A stretch of 64,000 nucleotides of DNA from Amphiscolops sp. MND2022 (Eukaryota): contig OZ076409.1 in NCBI GenBank assembly GCA_964187785.1, positions 32,550,001 through 32,614,000 of the forward strand. Direction: 5' to 3'. Under the pieces are notes generated by a model. That model made no database searches. It saw only the letters and a list, made by a program, of their open reading frames with translations, and was not told where the DNA came from. Positions 1 to 14,300 of this stretch are shown one piece after another (position 1 is the first letter of the stretch; each line of letters starts with the position of its first letter). Made by a program: the position numbers and the translations under genes.

Positions 1-369
1 CTAGAAATTATACACTCGGAGAGAATGGACTCGAAGATTCCTGCATCACGACTAATGAATCCATAATATCGACTTCAAACCAATACTAAAGTGCGAAACA
101 GTACCTAGCGGTGATAGATGGGACGAAAGAGCGCCCGAAAAACGACAAGACTTTATTTGGGATGGCGGGTCATCAGCAATTGAAAAAATTAGAAAAGGCG
201 AAGTCACCACGGAGCCAGATAGCATCAAAACCGACAAATTACTACATATATTCGGGAAACACTACTTCCACAAGAGAAACACATACCGCCGTGATGATTT
301 CTTTTGAGCAAAACTTGTAACCAGCATAACGCGAGAAAACACTGAACATCCAAATAACAGTAGAACTGA

Positions 370-1330
370 TCACCCACAACAGCTATGACCGACGACAGAA
401 ACACTCAAACAACCCACTATATACGCTCGCATTTGCCAATGACAAAAAAGTGAAGCAAGAACCGATTCAAGAACCAACAAACAACACCAAACCAAGAAAA
501 ACCCAAAATGAAACCCAAAAACAACAATTACGGAAACACGACACAAAAGGAAATTAATTGCGGATTCTGCGGACAACAGAACTGGACACCTCAGCATATC
601 AGCCCGGCGAAAACCATGAAATTCAATAAAAGCTATAAAATATGGCACTTTGCTCGACTATACCGCAGTAAACAAAATAACCATGGTCCATGATGAAAAA
701 TCAGCTGGAAGACGCAAGAAGAAGAAGAAAGCGCACCCGAAGGAATCCGCCACATAACAAAAAAAGTACTGCCGGATTATAACACCACTACGTTGTCGAA
801 GTAATAATAAATGGAAAGAAACAGAAATTCATAATCGACCACAGCTCCCCGGTCATCAATATGCCTTGCAACCAACCCCTTCAAAACACCAAAGACATCT
901 ATCCACTGAAAGAAAGATAACAGGAGGTACACCAGAACGAAAAAAACGTTCCAGGTGAACACGGAATACAACAGCGTATCAACAAATTTAAAATTACTAT
1001 TACTAAGAAATTACCAGCAAAATAAACGATGTTTCCCCGCCACTGCGAACAAATTAGCTAAAAAAACTACCAACTACCATAAACAAAATGTCACTGAATA
1101 ACGAAACGGACCAATCAAAAAACGTTTTTAGAAATGTCCACAAATCGTTCGAGATAAACCACAGAATCAAAAACGCTGAAGTATAAATACATAAAAAACC
1201 GGATGCTACCGAATGCAACAGACAGCCAATACTGTTTCACCTACAAGACAATGTAAAAACAACGAATCAGTACGACTATTTCAATCCGGACGCCTGGAAA
1301 GACAAGAAACCTATGAACAAGATTCCTTCG
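370..1330 (+). pseudogene. Degenerate Ty3/Gypsy gag (Zn-knuckle) and aspartic protease remnant
   Basis: ORF 508..693 has NCGFCGQQNWTPQH..PAK..KFNK..K.WHFA (decayed knuckle pair). 786-855 reads HYVVEVIINGKKQKFIIDHSSPV (decayed D-T/S-G protease motif), paralogous to the 3033..3299 copy. Many stops and frameshifts. Confidence 0.6.
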
Positions 1331-1560
1331 TAATCCAACGTATCGTCATTACGATATACGTACCTGTAAGCTGCATTTCAGTCAAGCAGCGTAATCTGTG
1401 TAATCCGTAAAATGGTTATTCAGCGTAAGTTAGTCAAGACGGTCTATGCTTCAACGGTGTAGCTGTGTCAACGCGCGTAATGGAAAATAGTGTGAGCTAG
1501 TCAAAACACGTAGTTAGTGAAACGTGGAAGTTAGTCCAAAAATACTCTTTTTGGTAATTC

Positions 1561-1645
1561 AGTCAAAACTTTGACTAACTTCCGCTTTCTGCAAATTGCA
1601 GATCGCTATACTTGCAATAAGTGGAAGTTAGTCAAAGTTTTGACT
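1561..1645. repeat. Perfect 23-bp inverted repeat within a cluster of AGTTAGTCAA motifs (non-autonomous DNA element-like)
   Basis: AGTCAAAACTTTGACTAACTTCC (1561-1583) is the exact reverse complement of 1623-1645. The AGTTAGTC motif recurs several times across ~1425-1650. Confidence 0.75.
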
Positions 1646-2479
1646 AACTTACACCATGTTTATATGCATTCAAAACTCAGTGTTCATTTTAATTCCAATT
1701 CATAACACAGCATCGTAAATCAGTCAAAGTAAACAATGATTCAATAAATAATTAGTTATCATTACTAAGCTCTACCGTGCATAGTACGTATAAACTGCAT
1801 TCAATGCAAGTTGCACACGTGAACACGTGTGTTTCATCCACGCATTTACGTGCAAATAAAATACCTTGTAGCTTCTAAATAGTACAATTATAACAATTGA
1901 TTGATCTGTCAACAGGTTTCCTATTTTAAGAAAACATAATTTCAAAGCAGCCCTCATTAATAGTTGCCTAACTAATTTTAATTTTGGTCCCTGTCGTAAG
2001 CACGGTCACCGGAATGATTGGATAACTTGTTATTTTGGTCTGGGTATTTTGAGCCAGGGTATTGACAAGAATCTATTTTGATCCCTGTCGTGAGCAACAT
2101 CAAGAAAAGTTGAAACAAATAGTCTATCAAGCTCTTCATCAGCGTATGAACCTCTCATTCTTTCTAATCGTCCTGTACAACGAGTTGAAGATACACATTG
2201 CATACATACCACTGGGTTTCTCCAAATGAAGAATGTCTGTCAATCATTATCTCTGTAGCTCTACTGTGAAGATATTGTAATTACACTCTTCGGTTTTATC
2301 GAATAAAGCTTTTGACATAGTCATGACACTTTCCCATTTCAAAGCTTTCATGCTCGCTACATTATCAGTTGGAATGGCTTCATTTTATAACTGTCAACAT
2401 AGCCTTTTACCAATGTCTGAACGTTCGGATTCCTATGAGGTGGCTTTAAGTTTTTGAATAGTTCTCAACGTTACACTTC

Positions 2480-4080
2480 AGTATGATCGAGCCGCCAATC
2501 ACACAACACCAACACGGACGGATTGGCAGACATGCGTGATTTGCGACGCAGGCAAACTGTTACGCGCAAGACAAACAATCAATCGCCATACCAATTCACA
2601 CTTGACCGCCAATCAGCCTAATCTTATTGAAAATAATCACACTCCGTTTGACAAAAACAATGATAGCAATAACAGACTCCGTTGCCAAAATCCTTATAAA
2701 TTCCCCAGAAATGGATGACTGAAGTAACCTTGGGTCGACGACATGATTATTATATTATTCAAATGCAATTATAACTTCTCAGAAATCACAGAGCTAGTCA
2801 ACAGACGCATCGAGCTAACTAAACAGGAAACATGCGCCACCAATGACATGAAAACCTGGAAAGTCAAATACTCATGCTGAGAAGATCAGAGGAGGGAGAA
2901 CGCAGATAGATTTACGAATCGACCTTCGGTTGAACGGCAAGGAGAAATGCCGGACAAAAAACTCGCTCGGGGCTACTTAAAATTTTTGGAGACCTCAACC
3001 CACAAAAGCCCGGAGCATCATAGGAAACATTAATGGAAGACGCAAGAAATAGAAGAACGAAGCGAACCCGAAGAAATCAGCCACATCTCACAAACAACCA
3101 AATTCTACCGGACAACAAGAAACACTACGGTGTCGCGGTAACAATGAATGGAAAGAAACAAAACTTCATCATCGACACCGGCTCTCTAGTCATTTTAATG
3201 CGATACTACCAAACATTACACAACACCAAAGATATGCACCCACGGGGGATACTTCAAAATTTTTGGAGACCCCAACCCACAAAAGTCGTCCACTTCTGAA
3301 GAGCCACATTGCACGAATCAGAAGTTACTCAATCACTCCAATACAAGAAAACGGACCGATAGAACGATAGAAGAAATTGCAGTATACTACGTCTGAATTA
3401 ACCGGGTCGTAGAAAAGGAAGCCGCTAGAAACAAAAAAACAATAACGTTTTACAGGCAGAATTTGATTTCAGGCTCGAGTAGGAAACATTGAATAAGAGA
3501 CCCCTGCTGAATCGAATTTGATCGATTTACAATGCTGCTTTAAAGACAACACTCTGAGTGAAATTCCGGAAGACCACACGCTTGTCAACACTAACACATC
3601 CATGGTGAATTACAGTGGTCGACGACCGTATCATTATTCCCGGGAGTCTTCGTTATGCAGCACTCAAGGCTCTCCATTTTGGCTATACTGGGGTAAATGA
3701 AATGTGAAGCCTTTCCAATATCTTCTGGTGACCCAAGCGAGCAGATATCGAAGAGAAGGCAAAAACTTGCTCCGATTGCTTGAATGCCGGTAAAATGCTA
3801 AAATTCCAATTTCTTAGTAGAAAAAAGACGAATTAAAACCTCAAAAAGCCCAGGCGAGGAAAACCCATCGGAGTTTATTGAGAGTCTGCACAGTAAAAAA
3901 ATTGTAGCCTTTCCTTTTATACTAGTCGCCGTAGACAGAAATAGCTGAAAAAAACACAATCACCAAACCGTAATGAAGTTCTTGCGGGATTTTACTAATA
4001 TTCACGGAATACCGAAATCGATCCAATCTGAGAAAGAAAGTGCATTTATATCAAAGGAATAAAGTAAATTTTGTGATGAA
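2480..4080 (+). pseudogene. Degenerate Ty3/Gypsy gag-protease-integrase fragments
   Basis: 3033..3299 HYGVAVTMNGKKQNFIIDTGSLVIL (retropepsin DTG). ~3915-4080 ILVAVDRNS...TVMKFLRDFTNIHGIPKSIQSEKESAFISKE (rve integrase core, decayed). Confidence 0.7.
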
Positions 4081-4134
4081 AACGAAACGCTTCGCTAATT
4101 TGCTGATTAAACCTTGTTAACATTTCGAACACAA

Positions 4135-4380
4135 CAAACACATTTTTACCGATAGTTAACTTGATGTTTTCAAAATCAAAAAACTGGACCAAAAAAATGA
4201 GTGCAAAATTTCTTATTTTTCCTGAGTTCTTGTGTGGTCACTTGTTACCACTGGGACAAGATGGGGTCAATGTGACCCTAGCATGTTTTGAAACATGCTC
4301 AATTGCAGTCAGAGACGCGAAAAGTGCAAAGTGTTGGCGCAAAGTCCGTAGCCAGTGCAGCGAAGCCGCACGCCAGCTGA
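4135..4380 (+). repeat. Dispersed repeat; inverted homologue at ~26475-26645
   Basis: AATTGCAGTCAGAGAC...GGCGCAAAGTCC..AGCCAGTG..GCGAA.CCGCACGCCAG and CATTTTTACC.AT.GTTAACTTGATGT.TTCAAAAT both match the reverse complement of 26475-26645. Confidence 0.75.
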
Positions 4381-4999
4381 GGACTTCGTGCAAAAAATTT
4401 TGCGGACAGAAGTCCAGCGCTAGCGAACCCAGACCAGTTGTTCAAAAATCATCCAATCACTAATGAAATTACTGAGAGAATTTTTGGATGTTGGCCACAA
4501 CCTACGCGATAGCTTGAACATTGCTCTATACATGCTTAAATTACATCGACTCTGAAACAAAACATGAACTTTTGAGCTCCATTTTCGACAAAAACACGGA
4601 ACCAAATCAACTAACTTGAAACGCTTTTTCAGTCGACTCTTAAGATCTCTCGATCTACACAGCTTGAAACTCCACCGGTAAGATGAGGAATCACCTGGTT
4701 ATGACTCGGACAAAAACTAACGGACACAGATACAGCGGCATGACGTTTACTTAAACGAAGAAACCGTCGAGTACGATAAGTACAAACAGAAATGATAAAT
4801 GTACTTTTACATTTTACGGAAAAGCCTACAAACAAAACAAGTTCGACAACAAACCGCAAATAGGCATTTCGGGAATCCGTCACGCAATAACAACTGACCC
4901 CAACGAATTAATCCACCAAAAACTAATATCAAACCCACTACCACTTCAGAACACTACTACAGCGGCAATAGGCTGAGGACAACAAATGACCAGCCCTCT

Positions 5000-5200
5000 T
5001 GTGATATACTTGTAAATTATATTCGATCATTTACCTAAAATCTATTTTCGATCATTCACCCCCTCTTTGCTTGATATCTAGATTATATTTTTGTACTCTG
5101 AATAAAATCCAATCAAGCAATATCTAAATTATATTCAATACCACACTCAATATTGTAAAGCATCAATCTGATTTATATGCTGACACAACGAAATTATCTC
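5000..5200 (+). repeat. 5' LTR (shared portion)
   Basis: TGTGATATACTTGTAAATTATATTCGATCATTTAC...CTGACACAACGAAATTA, repeated with substitutions and indels at 25782-25982; starts with TG. The true 3' end may extend beyond 5200. Confidence 0.8.
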
Positions 5201-5303
5201 TGTCTTTTGTTATTACCAATATTGTCAACGAAATTATTGTCTTCCCTCAAGACCTAACACTGCAGCTCTGTTAGCGTCTCCTTAAAGTACTGTCCCTCTG
5301 AAA

Positions 5304-7651
5304 TAATCTATTCAAAATCTGGTAAGTTGCAAACCAACCCAACAAAAAGTACTTTAACTGGTGCTACCAGAACCCTTTTTTCTTTCCTTCTTTTTTTCTA
5401 CCGGATACAAATTTTCCTTCTCTCTGTATTAATCACTAAAATGAGTCGATATCTTTAATAACTGTACACAATTCTTTATTTTTTTTCTGTACTATTCACG
5501 AACAAAAGTGATTCGACATGAAGTCGGTACATCACTTCTTCTGTACTTATCATTCAAAGTGGTTCGATCTCGTAGTCGGTACAGACAATTCTACTGTACT
5601 AATCACAAAAAAGTGATTCAGTTTGAGGCTGGTAAAACCATTTATTCTGTACTAATCACCATTGGATTGATTCAGCCTCGTGCTGTTACATCAACACTTT
5701 CGTACTAACCAAGTTGGTTCGACTTTTGTTGGTACTTTCCAGTGCTAACCTCTAGAATCGACCTTTTGTCAGTACACTTTTTTTACCTTCTTCTATTCTA
5801 TAAAGTTGTAACCTCAATTCGAAATGTATAATCTCAATGACTCCGTTTGTGCTCTAAAGAATATATTGTCTTTTTGTTTGTGGCCTACTTGCAATTGTTC
5901 TCGTCGTCGACAAATTCATGATTGATTTATATCCTCGATAATTATTCGCTCTTCAATCAATGTGTCTCACCGAAATCCTTTCTACAATTATTCTTTTTGT
6001 CTCATACTTTTTTGCCATGCTTGTTTTTCTTATGCTCCTTGGTGAAAAAACAATCACCACACTGTTCACCTAAACTTGATCTTTCTAATTCACTCTCCTT
6101 TTCCCACACATTTTCCTTTCAAACTCCCACATTTCCTTACCACATCCCCATTTCTTTTTCTTTTCTCTGATTCTATTCTTTTTCAACTTTTTTCACCCTC
6201 TACCACTATTACTCATACTTCCCCATCGTTTTTAAACATTTCTCCTATAGTTTTAACTTTCTCTATTCACATTACTCCACACCATTTTGCACTTGCTCCA
6301 TATTATCCTAAGTCATTCTAAGAAACTGCTCCTCACTTTATTCATCCTCTCCTTTTTCTTTCTTCTTCTTTTAAACCCAAACTCTCTTATTGCGATTTTT
6401 CAACTCTTGCTCATTTATTTCATTCTTTTTCTTGCCTCTCTTTTTCTCAACTGTAAACTACTCCCCTATTATACCGATTTTTGCCAAAAAACTATCTTTT
6501 TAACTATCGACCGCATCCTCCAGAACTACCTATTGATCCTGATGTTCTTCTCAATCGTATTTTATTAATTTTTACCCTCATCGCCATTTATAACGGATAC
6601 TACGCCGCCTCCTTCTCTCATTCCTTTCCCATTTGAAGTTGATCCCTCCCGTTCTCGCCTGTTTCGCGAACACACTCACATTTTAACAAAAATTCTCAAA
6701 AATCTTATCTATAGTTCCGCTGTTCCTTTCTTTCGAAACACACTCTGAAGAAATCTATACTATCCTTCTTATTCGTGAGCATCACGACTTCTACGTTTGT
6801 TACAATGACACCCATTCTTTAACGTCTACTCCTGATGAAACTACCTTTTCTCTACCTTTCACCTCTCCTCTCCACCTTACTTATACCTTTCGTAAAAACA
6901 TTCACCCGTCCAATATCTACATTCCCATCGCTCATGTCTTCACAACTTTTTTTCAAAAACCTCTCAGAGATCAATAATCTCGTACCTTAACATCTTTCAC
7001 TCCCTCTGCTATACAAGCACTCCTTACAAAGGAAACCAAATTTGAAGTCCTCAATATCTAACACCTCCGTACATTTCAAAATAAATCCATCATTGGCTTG
7101 TTACAGATATTCTTCAAAGTCACCACTTCCAATACCAATTGTTTCAAAATCTCTCCTTAAATACTCAAACTAAAGGACAAATTCGAATATACTCCTTGTT
7201 TCCTAGAACCTTTTATAGACATAACTACCAACTCATTTGGGATTCTGAATTCCGAAGCGCTTGTACTAACTTTCCTTCTCAATTTTCTAGAGAAAAATTC
7301 CTTTTTTCGCCAGCTCCGCAAATGAAAACCCTTCTTTGATTTCCCAGTCACTCATTTTGAATTTCTCACTTATCGTACTCAAAGTATTAACAAAAATTTT
7401 GAAATTCTTCCTCCTGTTAGACCATGTAATACATATCTCTCTCAAACGTTTGCTTCAGATACCACTTCTGATGTTTCACTCCAAACTATCCCTTCTACTT
7501 CTAATGTGTTACTAAACCATCCATTTCCCTTGCCTACTTCTCAGAATTTTCCTCAAACTTCTAATTTATCTCCAGCCTCCACATCTTATGACCCTTAAGC
7601 ATCACTCAACAATAGCTTTCATAATTTCCCTACTTTTTCTTTTCAACCCCC
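5304..7651 (+). repeat. Tandem segmental duplication, copy 1 (2,348 bp)
   Basis: Near-identical to 7652-9998 (ORF offset 2348, then 2347 after a T7/T6 run difference); only a handful of substitutions seen. Confidence 0.97.
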
Positions 7652-9998
7652 TAATCTATTCAAAATCTGGTAAGTTGCAAACCAACCCAACAAAAAGTAC
7701 TTTAACTGGTGCTACCAGAACCCTTTTTTCTTTCCTTCTTTTTTTCTACCGGATACAAATTTTCCTTCTCTCTGTATTAATCACTAAAATGAGTCGATAT
7801 CTTTAATAACTGTACACAATTCTTTATTTTTTTTCTGTACTATTCACGAACAAAAGTGATTCGACATGAAGTCGGTACATCACTTCTTCTGTACTTATCA
7901 TTCAAAGTGGTTCGATCTCGTAGTCGGTACAGACAATTCTACTGTACTAATCACAAAAAAGTGATTCAGTTTGAGGCTGGTAAAACCATTTATTCTGTAC
8001 TAATCACCATTGGATTGATTCAGCCTCGTGCTGTTACATCAACACTTTCGTACTAACCAAGTTGGTTCGACTTTTGTTGGTACTTTCCAGTGCTAACCTC
8101 TAGAATCGACCTTTTGTCAGTACACTTTTTTTACCTTCTTCTATTCTATAAAGTTGTAACCTCAATTCGAAATGTATAATCTCAATGACTCCGTTTGTGC
8201 TCTAAAGAATATATTGTCTTTTTGTTTGTGGCCTACTTGCAATTGTTCTCGTCGTCGACAAATTCATGATTGATTTATATCCTCGATAATTATTCGCTCT
8301 TCAATCAATGTGTCTCACCGAAATCCTTTCTACAATTATTCTTTTTGTCTCATACTTTTTTGCCATGCTTGTTTTTCTTATGCTCCTTGGTGAAAAAACA
8401 ATCACCACACTGTTCACCTAAACTTGATCTTTCTAATTCACTCTCCTTTTCCCACACATTTTCCTTTCAAACTCCCACATTTCCTTACCACATCCCCATT
8501 TCTTTTTCTTTTCTCTGATTCTATTCTTTTTCAACTTTTTTCACCCTCTACCACTATTACTCATACTTCCCCATCGTTTTTAAACATTTCTCCTATAGTT
8601 TTAACTTTCTCTATTCACATTACTCCACACCATTTTGCACTTGCTCCATATTATCCTAAGTCATTCTAAGAAACTGCTCCTCACTTTATTCATCCTCTCC
8701 TTTTTCTTTCTTTTTCTTTTAAACCCAAACTCTCTTATTGCGATTTTTCAACTCTTGCTCATTTATTTCATTCTTTTTCTTGCCTCTCTTTTTCTCAACT
8801 GTAAACTACTCCCCTATTATACCGATTTTTGCCAAAAAACTATCTTTTTAACTATCGACCGCATCCTCCAGAACTACCTATTGATCCTGATGTTCTTCTC
8901 AATCGTATTTTATTAATTTTTACCCTCATCGCCATTTATAACGGATACTACGCCGCCTCCTTCTCTCATTCCTTTCCCATTTGAAGTTGATCCCTCCCGT
9001 TCTCGCCTGTTTCGCGAACACACTCACATTTTAACAAAAATTCTCAAAAATCTTATCTATAGTTCCGCTGTTCCTTTCTTTCGAAACACACTCTGAAGAA
9101 ATCTATACTATCCCTCTTATTCGTGAGCATCACGACTTCTACGTTTGTTACAATGACACCCATTCTTTAACGTCTACTCCTGATGAACCTACCTTTTCTC
9201 TACCTTTCACCTCTCCTCTCCACCTTACTTATACCTTTCGTAAAAACATTCACCCGTCCAATATCTACATTCCCATCGCTCATGTCTTCACAACTTTTTT
9301 CAAAAACCTCTCAGAGATCAATAATCTCGTACCTTAACATCTTTCACTCCCTCTGCTATACAAGCACTCCTTACAAAGGAAACCAAATTTGAAGTCCTCA
9401 ATATCTAACACCTCCGTACATTTCAAAATAAATCCATCATTGGCTTGTTACAGATATTCTTCAAAGTCACCACTTCCAATACCAATTGTTTCAAAATCTC
9501 TCCTTAAATACTCAAACTAAAGGACAAATTCGAATATACTCCTTGTTTCCTAGAACCTTTTATAGACATAACTACCAACTCATTTGGGATTCTGAATTCC
9601 GAAGCGCTTGTACTAACTTTCCTTCTCAATTTTCTAGAGAAGAATTCCTTTTTTCGCCAGCTCCGCAAATGAAAACCCTTCTTTGATTTCCCAGTCACTC
9701 ATTTTGAATTTCTCACTTATCGTACTCAAAGTATTAACAAAAATTTTGAAATTCTTCCTCCTGTTAGACCATGTAATACATATCTCTCTCAAACGTTTGC
9801 TTCAGATACCACTTCTGATGTTTCACGCCAAACTATCCCTTCTACTTCTAATGTGTTACTAAACCATCCATTTCCCTTGCTTACTTCTCAGAAATTTCCT
9901 CAAACTTCTAATTTATCTCCAGCCTCCACATCTTATGACCCTTAAGCATCACTCAACAATAGCTTTCATAATTTCCCTACTTTTTCTTTTCAACCCCC
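7652..9998 (+). repeat. Tandem segmental duplication, copy 2
   Basis: Same sequence as copy 1. The junction carries TAATCT microhomology (5304-5309, 7652-7657, 9999-10004). Confidence 0.97.
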
Positions 9999-10129
9999 TA
10001 ATCTTCCTCCCAACCCTTGGCCACCGCCTCAAACAACTATTAATCCTTTTAATACTCTGACTCCTCAACCTCCTCCTCTTGGTTTGCAAATGACTCCTTC
10101 AGTTCATTTTGCTGCTCTCTCCGTTCCTA

Positions 10130-11300
10130 TTAAATTTTTTGAAGGCTTGGATCATACGTATCCTCCTGAAAAGTTCTCTTGGTTCATCTTAGCGCACATA
10201 TAACATTTCAACATACAATCCTATTTAATCTGGCACTCCAGACGTAAGTAGTTTCTCTTTTATTGTTTCCCCACAGGAACTGCCTCTAATTGGTATGACC
10301 GCCTCCCTCCAGTTTATAAAAACGATTGGTCTTCTTTCTTCCAGATTTTCAAGAAACTATTTTATTCTCAAAAACATGCATATCAAGTGCTCAACTCGAA
10401 GCACTTTCAATTGTTAAAAAAGACCATGAAAATGTTCAACACTATGCTTTGAAAGTTGAAACACTTGTCAAACAAGGCTGGTATAATGAATACCCATCCA
10501 CCATAAATCTTAAATGTATTGAAATTTTTACTCGTGGTCATAGAAAAAAAACTTGAAGATTTTGCCTCGAACCCTCCTTTCCCTTTCACTCTCTTGTCAA
10601 TGTGGTTGGTTCCGTGGATATTACACTCGAAAAGATAAAAACACAAGACTTGAAGTAAACACTCTTTTCGATACGTTTAACCAAAATAACTCTATTACCG
10701 ATAAATTTTCCGAAACTCTACCTAATATAAGCTGTAGACCCTAATAATAAATCTGACACCCAATAAAAAAAGGATTGCTCCTTTTGTTAAAAAAATATTC
10801 ATTCTGTCTCAACATGTTATCGAAGAATCAATATGCTAAAAGAATCTAAACCTCAATCCAAATCACCCAATCTATCCTTTCATCAACATTTTGAAACACC
10901 CTCCAATAAATATGACAAATAAACGCCTCGTTACGACAGTCGTAGCAATGGTAACCATTATCGAAGATTCTCACGAGAATTTCGCTATAAATACCGTTCT
11001 CATTCTCGTTCAAGTTCTCGCCCAAGATATTATCATAACCACTCTTCTCAGAACCCATCTCCATATTATGATCGTAAATTGCTCCGTTCTCGCAAACGCT
11101 CCTCTAGTTATAACAATTCCTCTTTTAGACGATATAATTCACCATACAGCTCTCCTTCTAAATCACGTTACGATGGCTATCGAATCCGATCTCACTCTTA
11201 CTCAAGGATTTATTCAAATTCCCAATGTAAACCTAATATCAATCTTATTCAACAACCAGTTCCCAATATTCATCACTCTTCCTCAACAGAACTAAACTAT
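10130..11300 (+). pseudogene. gag: Gypsy gag (capsid-like domain plus Arg/Ser-rich basic tail), frameshifted
   Basis: EGLDHTYPPEKF...GTASNWYDRLPPVYKNDWSSF...AQLEALSIVKKDHENVQHYALKVETLVKQGW; downstream RSHSRSSSRPR / RSRKRSSS basic region. Confidence 0.8.
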
Positions 11301-11399
11301 TTGAAACAAATATGTATCATCCAAATACCTCCTCGTGTACTCAAAGATTGAATAATCAAGCTAACGCTATCACTCCTTAAACTTGGTCCGTCAATCTCT

Positions 11400-14300
11400 G
11401 CATTTTTAATCCACCTGAAGACACCTCTTTACCTTCAAAGTTAGAACTTTCATTCTTGCTGAGATAGCGGTGCCTCTATATGCGTTTTGACTTTACCCAC
11501 TTTCACGATCTTAGCTGATCATTTTCTCCCCTCAAAATGATGATTTCAAAACTCTTATAGTAGCTAATAAAGCTGCAGTTCCTATGTTATTCAATGTATT
11601 TCTCACTCTTCACACCTCTATTCACGGACGTACTCGTACTCTTGTCATCACATTTAGAGTTGCAAATATCATATATATTATTCATTGAATTCCTTTCTTT
11701 GAAAATTATGTGAAAACCCCTGATATTGAACAAATGTCTCTCACCTTCAATACACCTCATGAATTTCGCGTAAACACCCCGTTTTTTACAGTGCATAAAG
11801 GAAAAGACTATTCTTTTCTCTCTTACATATAAACCATCAAGGTTAAACACAAAATATATTTTAAATCAAACGCTTCTCAAGTCATTCATTTTCCCATTCA
11901 ACCTACCTTTCCTTTAACCTTTCACACATCTGTAAATGAGATCATATATCCATTAACCTCACATCCCTATTTTAAGACACGTTCCAACTCTACCTTTAAT
12001 TTCCTCCAAGTTTATCAAAATCTCAAAACCGAACCCAACAATTGTTCTGTCTTCGTTCGAAATACTACTTATCACTCAGCTATCCTATCACCAGGCTACA
12101 TCGGTTATATTGAAGTCCCCGCGACTAATATTAAACCACCACATTATAAAGGTAATGATGTCAGCTCCTTGATACACACCATATTTCATACATACTACCC
12201 TAATCTTTCCGAGCCGAAACCTCCCGTTTGTCGTCCTTCTCTTGAACGATCTAATGTTGAAAGTAATAGCTTACAACCCTCTCAACTTTTTTATTATCCT
12301 CTGTACCAAACTCTCCAGATGTTCTAACAATTTCTCGAAAAATTGAAATTTCAATACTCTGTTGTTACTGATGATGAATATTTAAAACTTTGCTCCATCA
12401 TGGTTGAATATCAACTGTTATGCTACTCGTCGTAATGATGTTGGTAAAATAGCCACTCCTTTTAGAATTCGCCTCAAACCAAATGCCAAACTTCAAACTC
12501 AACGACCCACTAAAGTCCCGATTCAATATAGAGATAAACCTAAAAAATTACTCAATGAACTCGAACACTATAATATCATTGGACAAATTGTCTCCACCCC
12601 CTCTGACAAACCCATTTATTGTACCACCTTTTTATATCCTCTCATTCTTATCCCCAAAGCAGATAGAAGTAGTTCTTGATATTCTACATTTAAATTCTAA
12701 AACTGATCATTCTTTTGAATCTTGGCCTATCGAACCTCTAGCTCCTCAACCTCAACTCGCTGGTGCAAACAAAAAATTCAAATCCGCAATTAACCTCATG
12801 TATGCTTATGCACATGCTCCTTTAGATGAAGAAACTATCTTTTCACCAGTTTCTCCTCTGGAGGTAAACTATATGCTTTCATTCGAGGCTTTTATGGTCT
12901 TAAAGGACTCCCAAAATTTTTCACCAAACAAATGTACTCATTTTTCCAAAAACTCGTTGATATAGGCTTTGCGCTTGTTTATATCGATGATATTCTCCTC
13001 CTTGCTCACACCAAAACTCATTTGCTAGATTTAATTGAACAATTACAAACTCCCACTTCTAAAACTGAACTAAAGCGATTCATTGGATCAATGAATTTTT
13101 ACTCCCAATTTATAAACAATCTCCACATCTCTCTTAAACCATTTTATACTCTCCTTCATGACGGTATATCCTTTAAATGGACTCCAGAATTAGACAAACT
13201 CTTTAATGACATTAAAAATTCTCTTACAAAAGATGCTGAACTTGTAATTCCCAATACCACTCATCCATTATATTTTACCGTTGACGATTCCCTAATTGGT
13301 TTAGGTGAGATTATTTTTCAACCCAACACCGAAAACAAAATGCAGGTTAAATGGCATTTTCTCTCATTTTAACCACCCAAAAACAAAAACTCTCTACATG
13401 AGATAGAGAAATCTAACTACGCTATAACTTTTCCTCTCTCACAAAATGAATTCCGTATCATTTGCCCTAAATTTCCAATCACAGTTTTCACAGATCACAA
13501 TACCCTCCGTTTCCTCTTTACCCGTAAAGAAATATAACCCCGAGACAGTCTAATCCCCAAATGTTATTTATCAAAGTCTCTAACTTCCAAATTATTCACA
13601 CACCCGGAACCAATCGAACTGTTGCTGACATGCTCAGTCGAGATTTTTCAGAAATTAACAATAAAATATGTCAAATACAACACAAAACCGTTCCTACTCA
13701 TATTGACTTTATTGAACTCAAACCCAGTAATTCATTAAACCAAATCCACTATCTTGTTACACATGAAGTTGTCCTACTCACTGAAAGAAATTTTGCCCAT
13801 CCAATCTTAGTTGATTATAGTGATGATCAATTTACACCCATAATTTAGACAAAGGTAACACTGTTACTTATACTCCTTTAAACTCATTCTCCTTTAAATC
13901 TGTTTCATTCTTTCTGAATAATTACAAAGAACCCATAAAGAATAAAGTTGAAAAATTACTCCAAGAAAATCCCCTCCTAAATGAAACTGACTTATATGAA
14001 GATGATGATCCCATTTCCTCACCAAAAATCGTAACAACTTCAATCACCCTAGGTTATCCTCTTTCTCCTAGTTGAAATCCAACACCACCATTGACACCAC
14101 CATGACAATTATCAACTCTCTCACGATATTCTAATTATTATCTAAAATACTCAAACTCCAAAATTCGATAATGACTCCGCTTTCCTGACTGAAATCTCTC
14201 AGTCTAATGCTATAATCCAAATCCCTATTAAATATACATTAAATCTACACTCAACCTTATATTAATCAAATCTGTTTCCGTTTTCCATTTAAACTTTTTA

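Noticed and set aside
2030-2460. Minus-strand coding-like remnant (LDRLFVSTFLDVAHDRDQNRF...)
   Set aside because: Looks like decayed coding sequence, but I cannot assign a family.
5330-5372. Primer-binding-site candidates (TGGTAAG.. at 5320, TGGTGCTACC at ~5359)
   Set aside because: The LTR 3' end cannot be fixed because the 3' LTR is truncated, and I cannot match a tRNA 3' end without a search.
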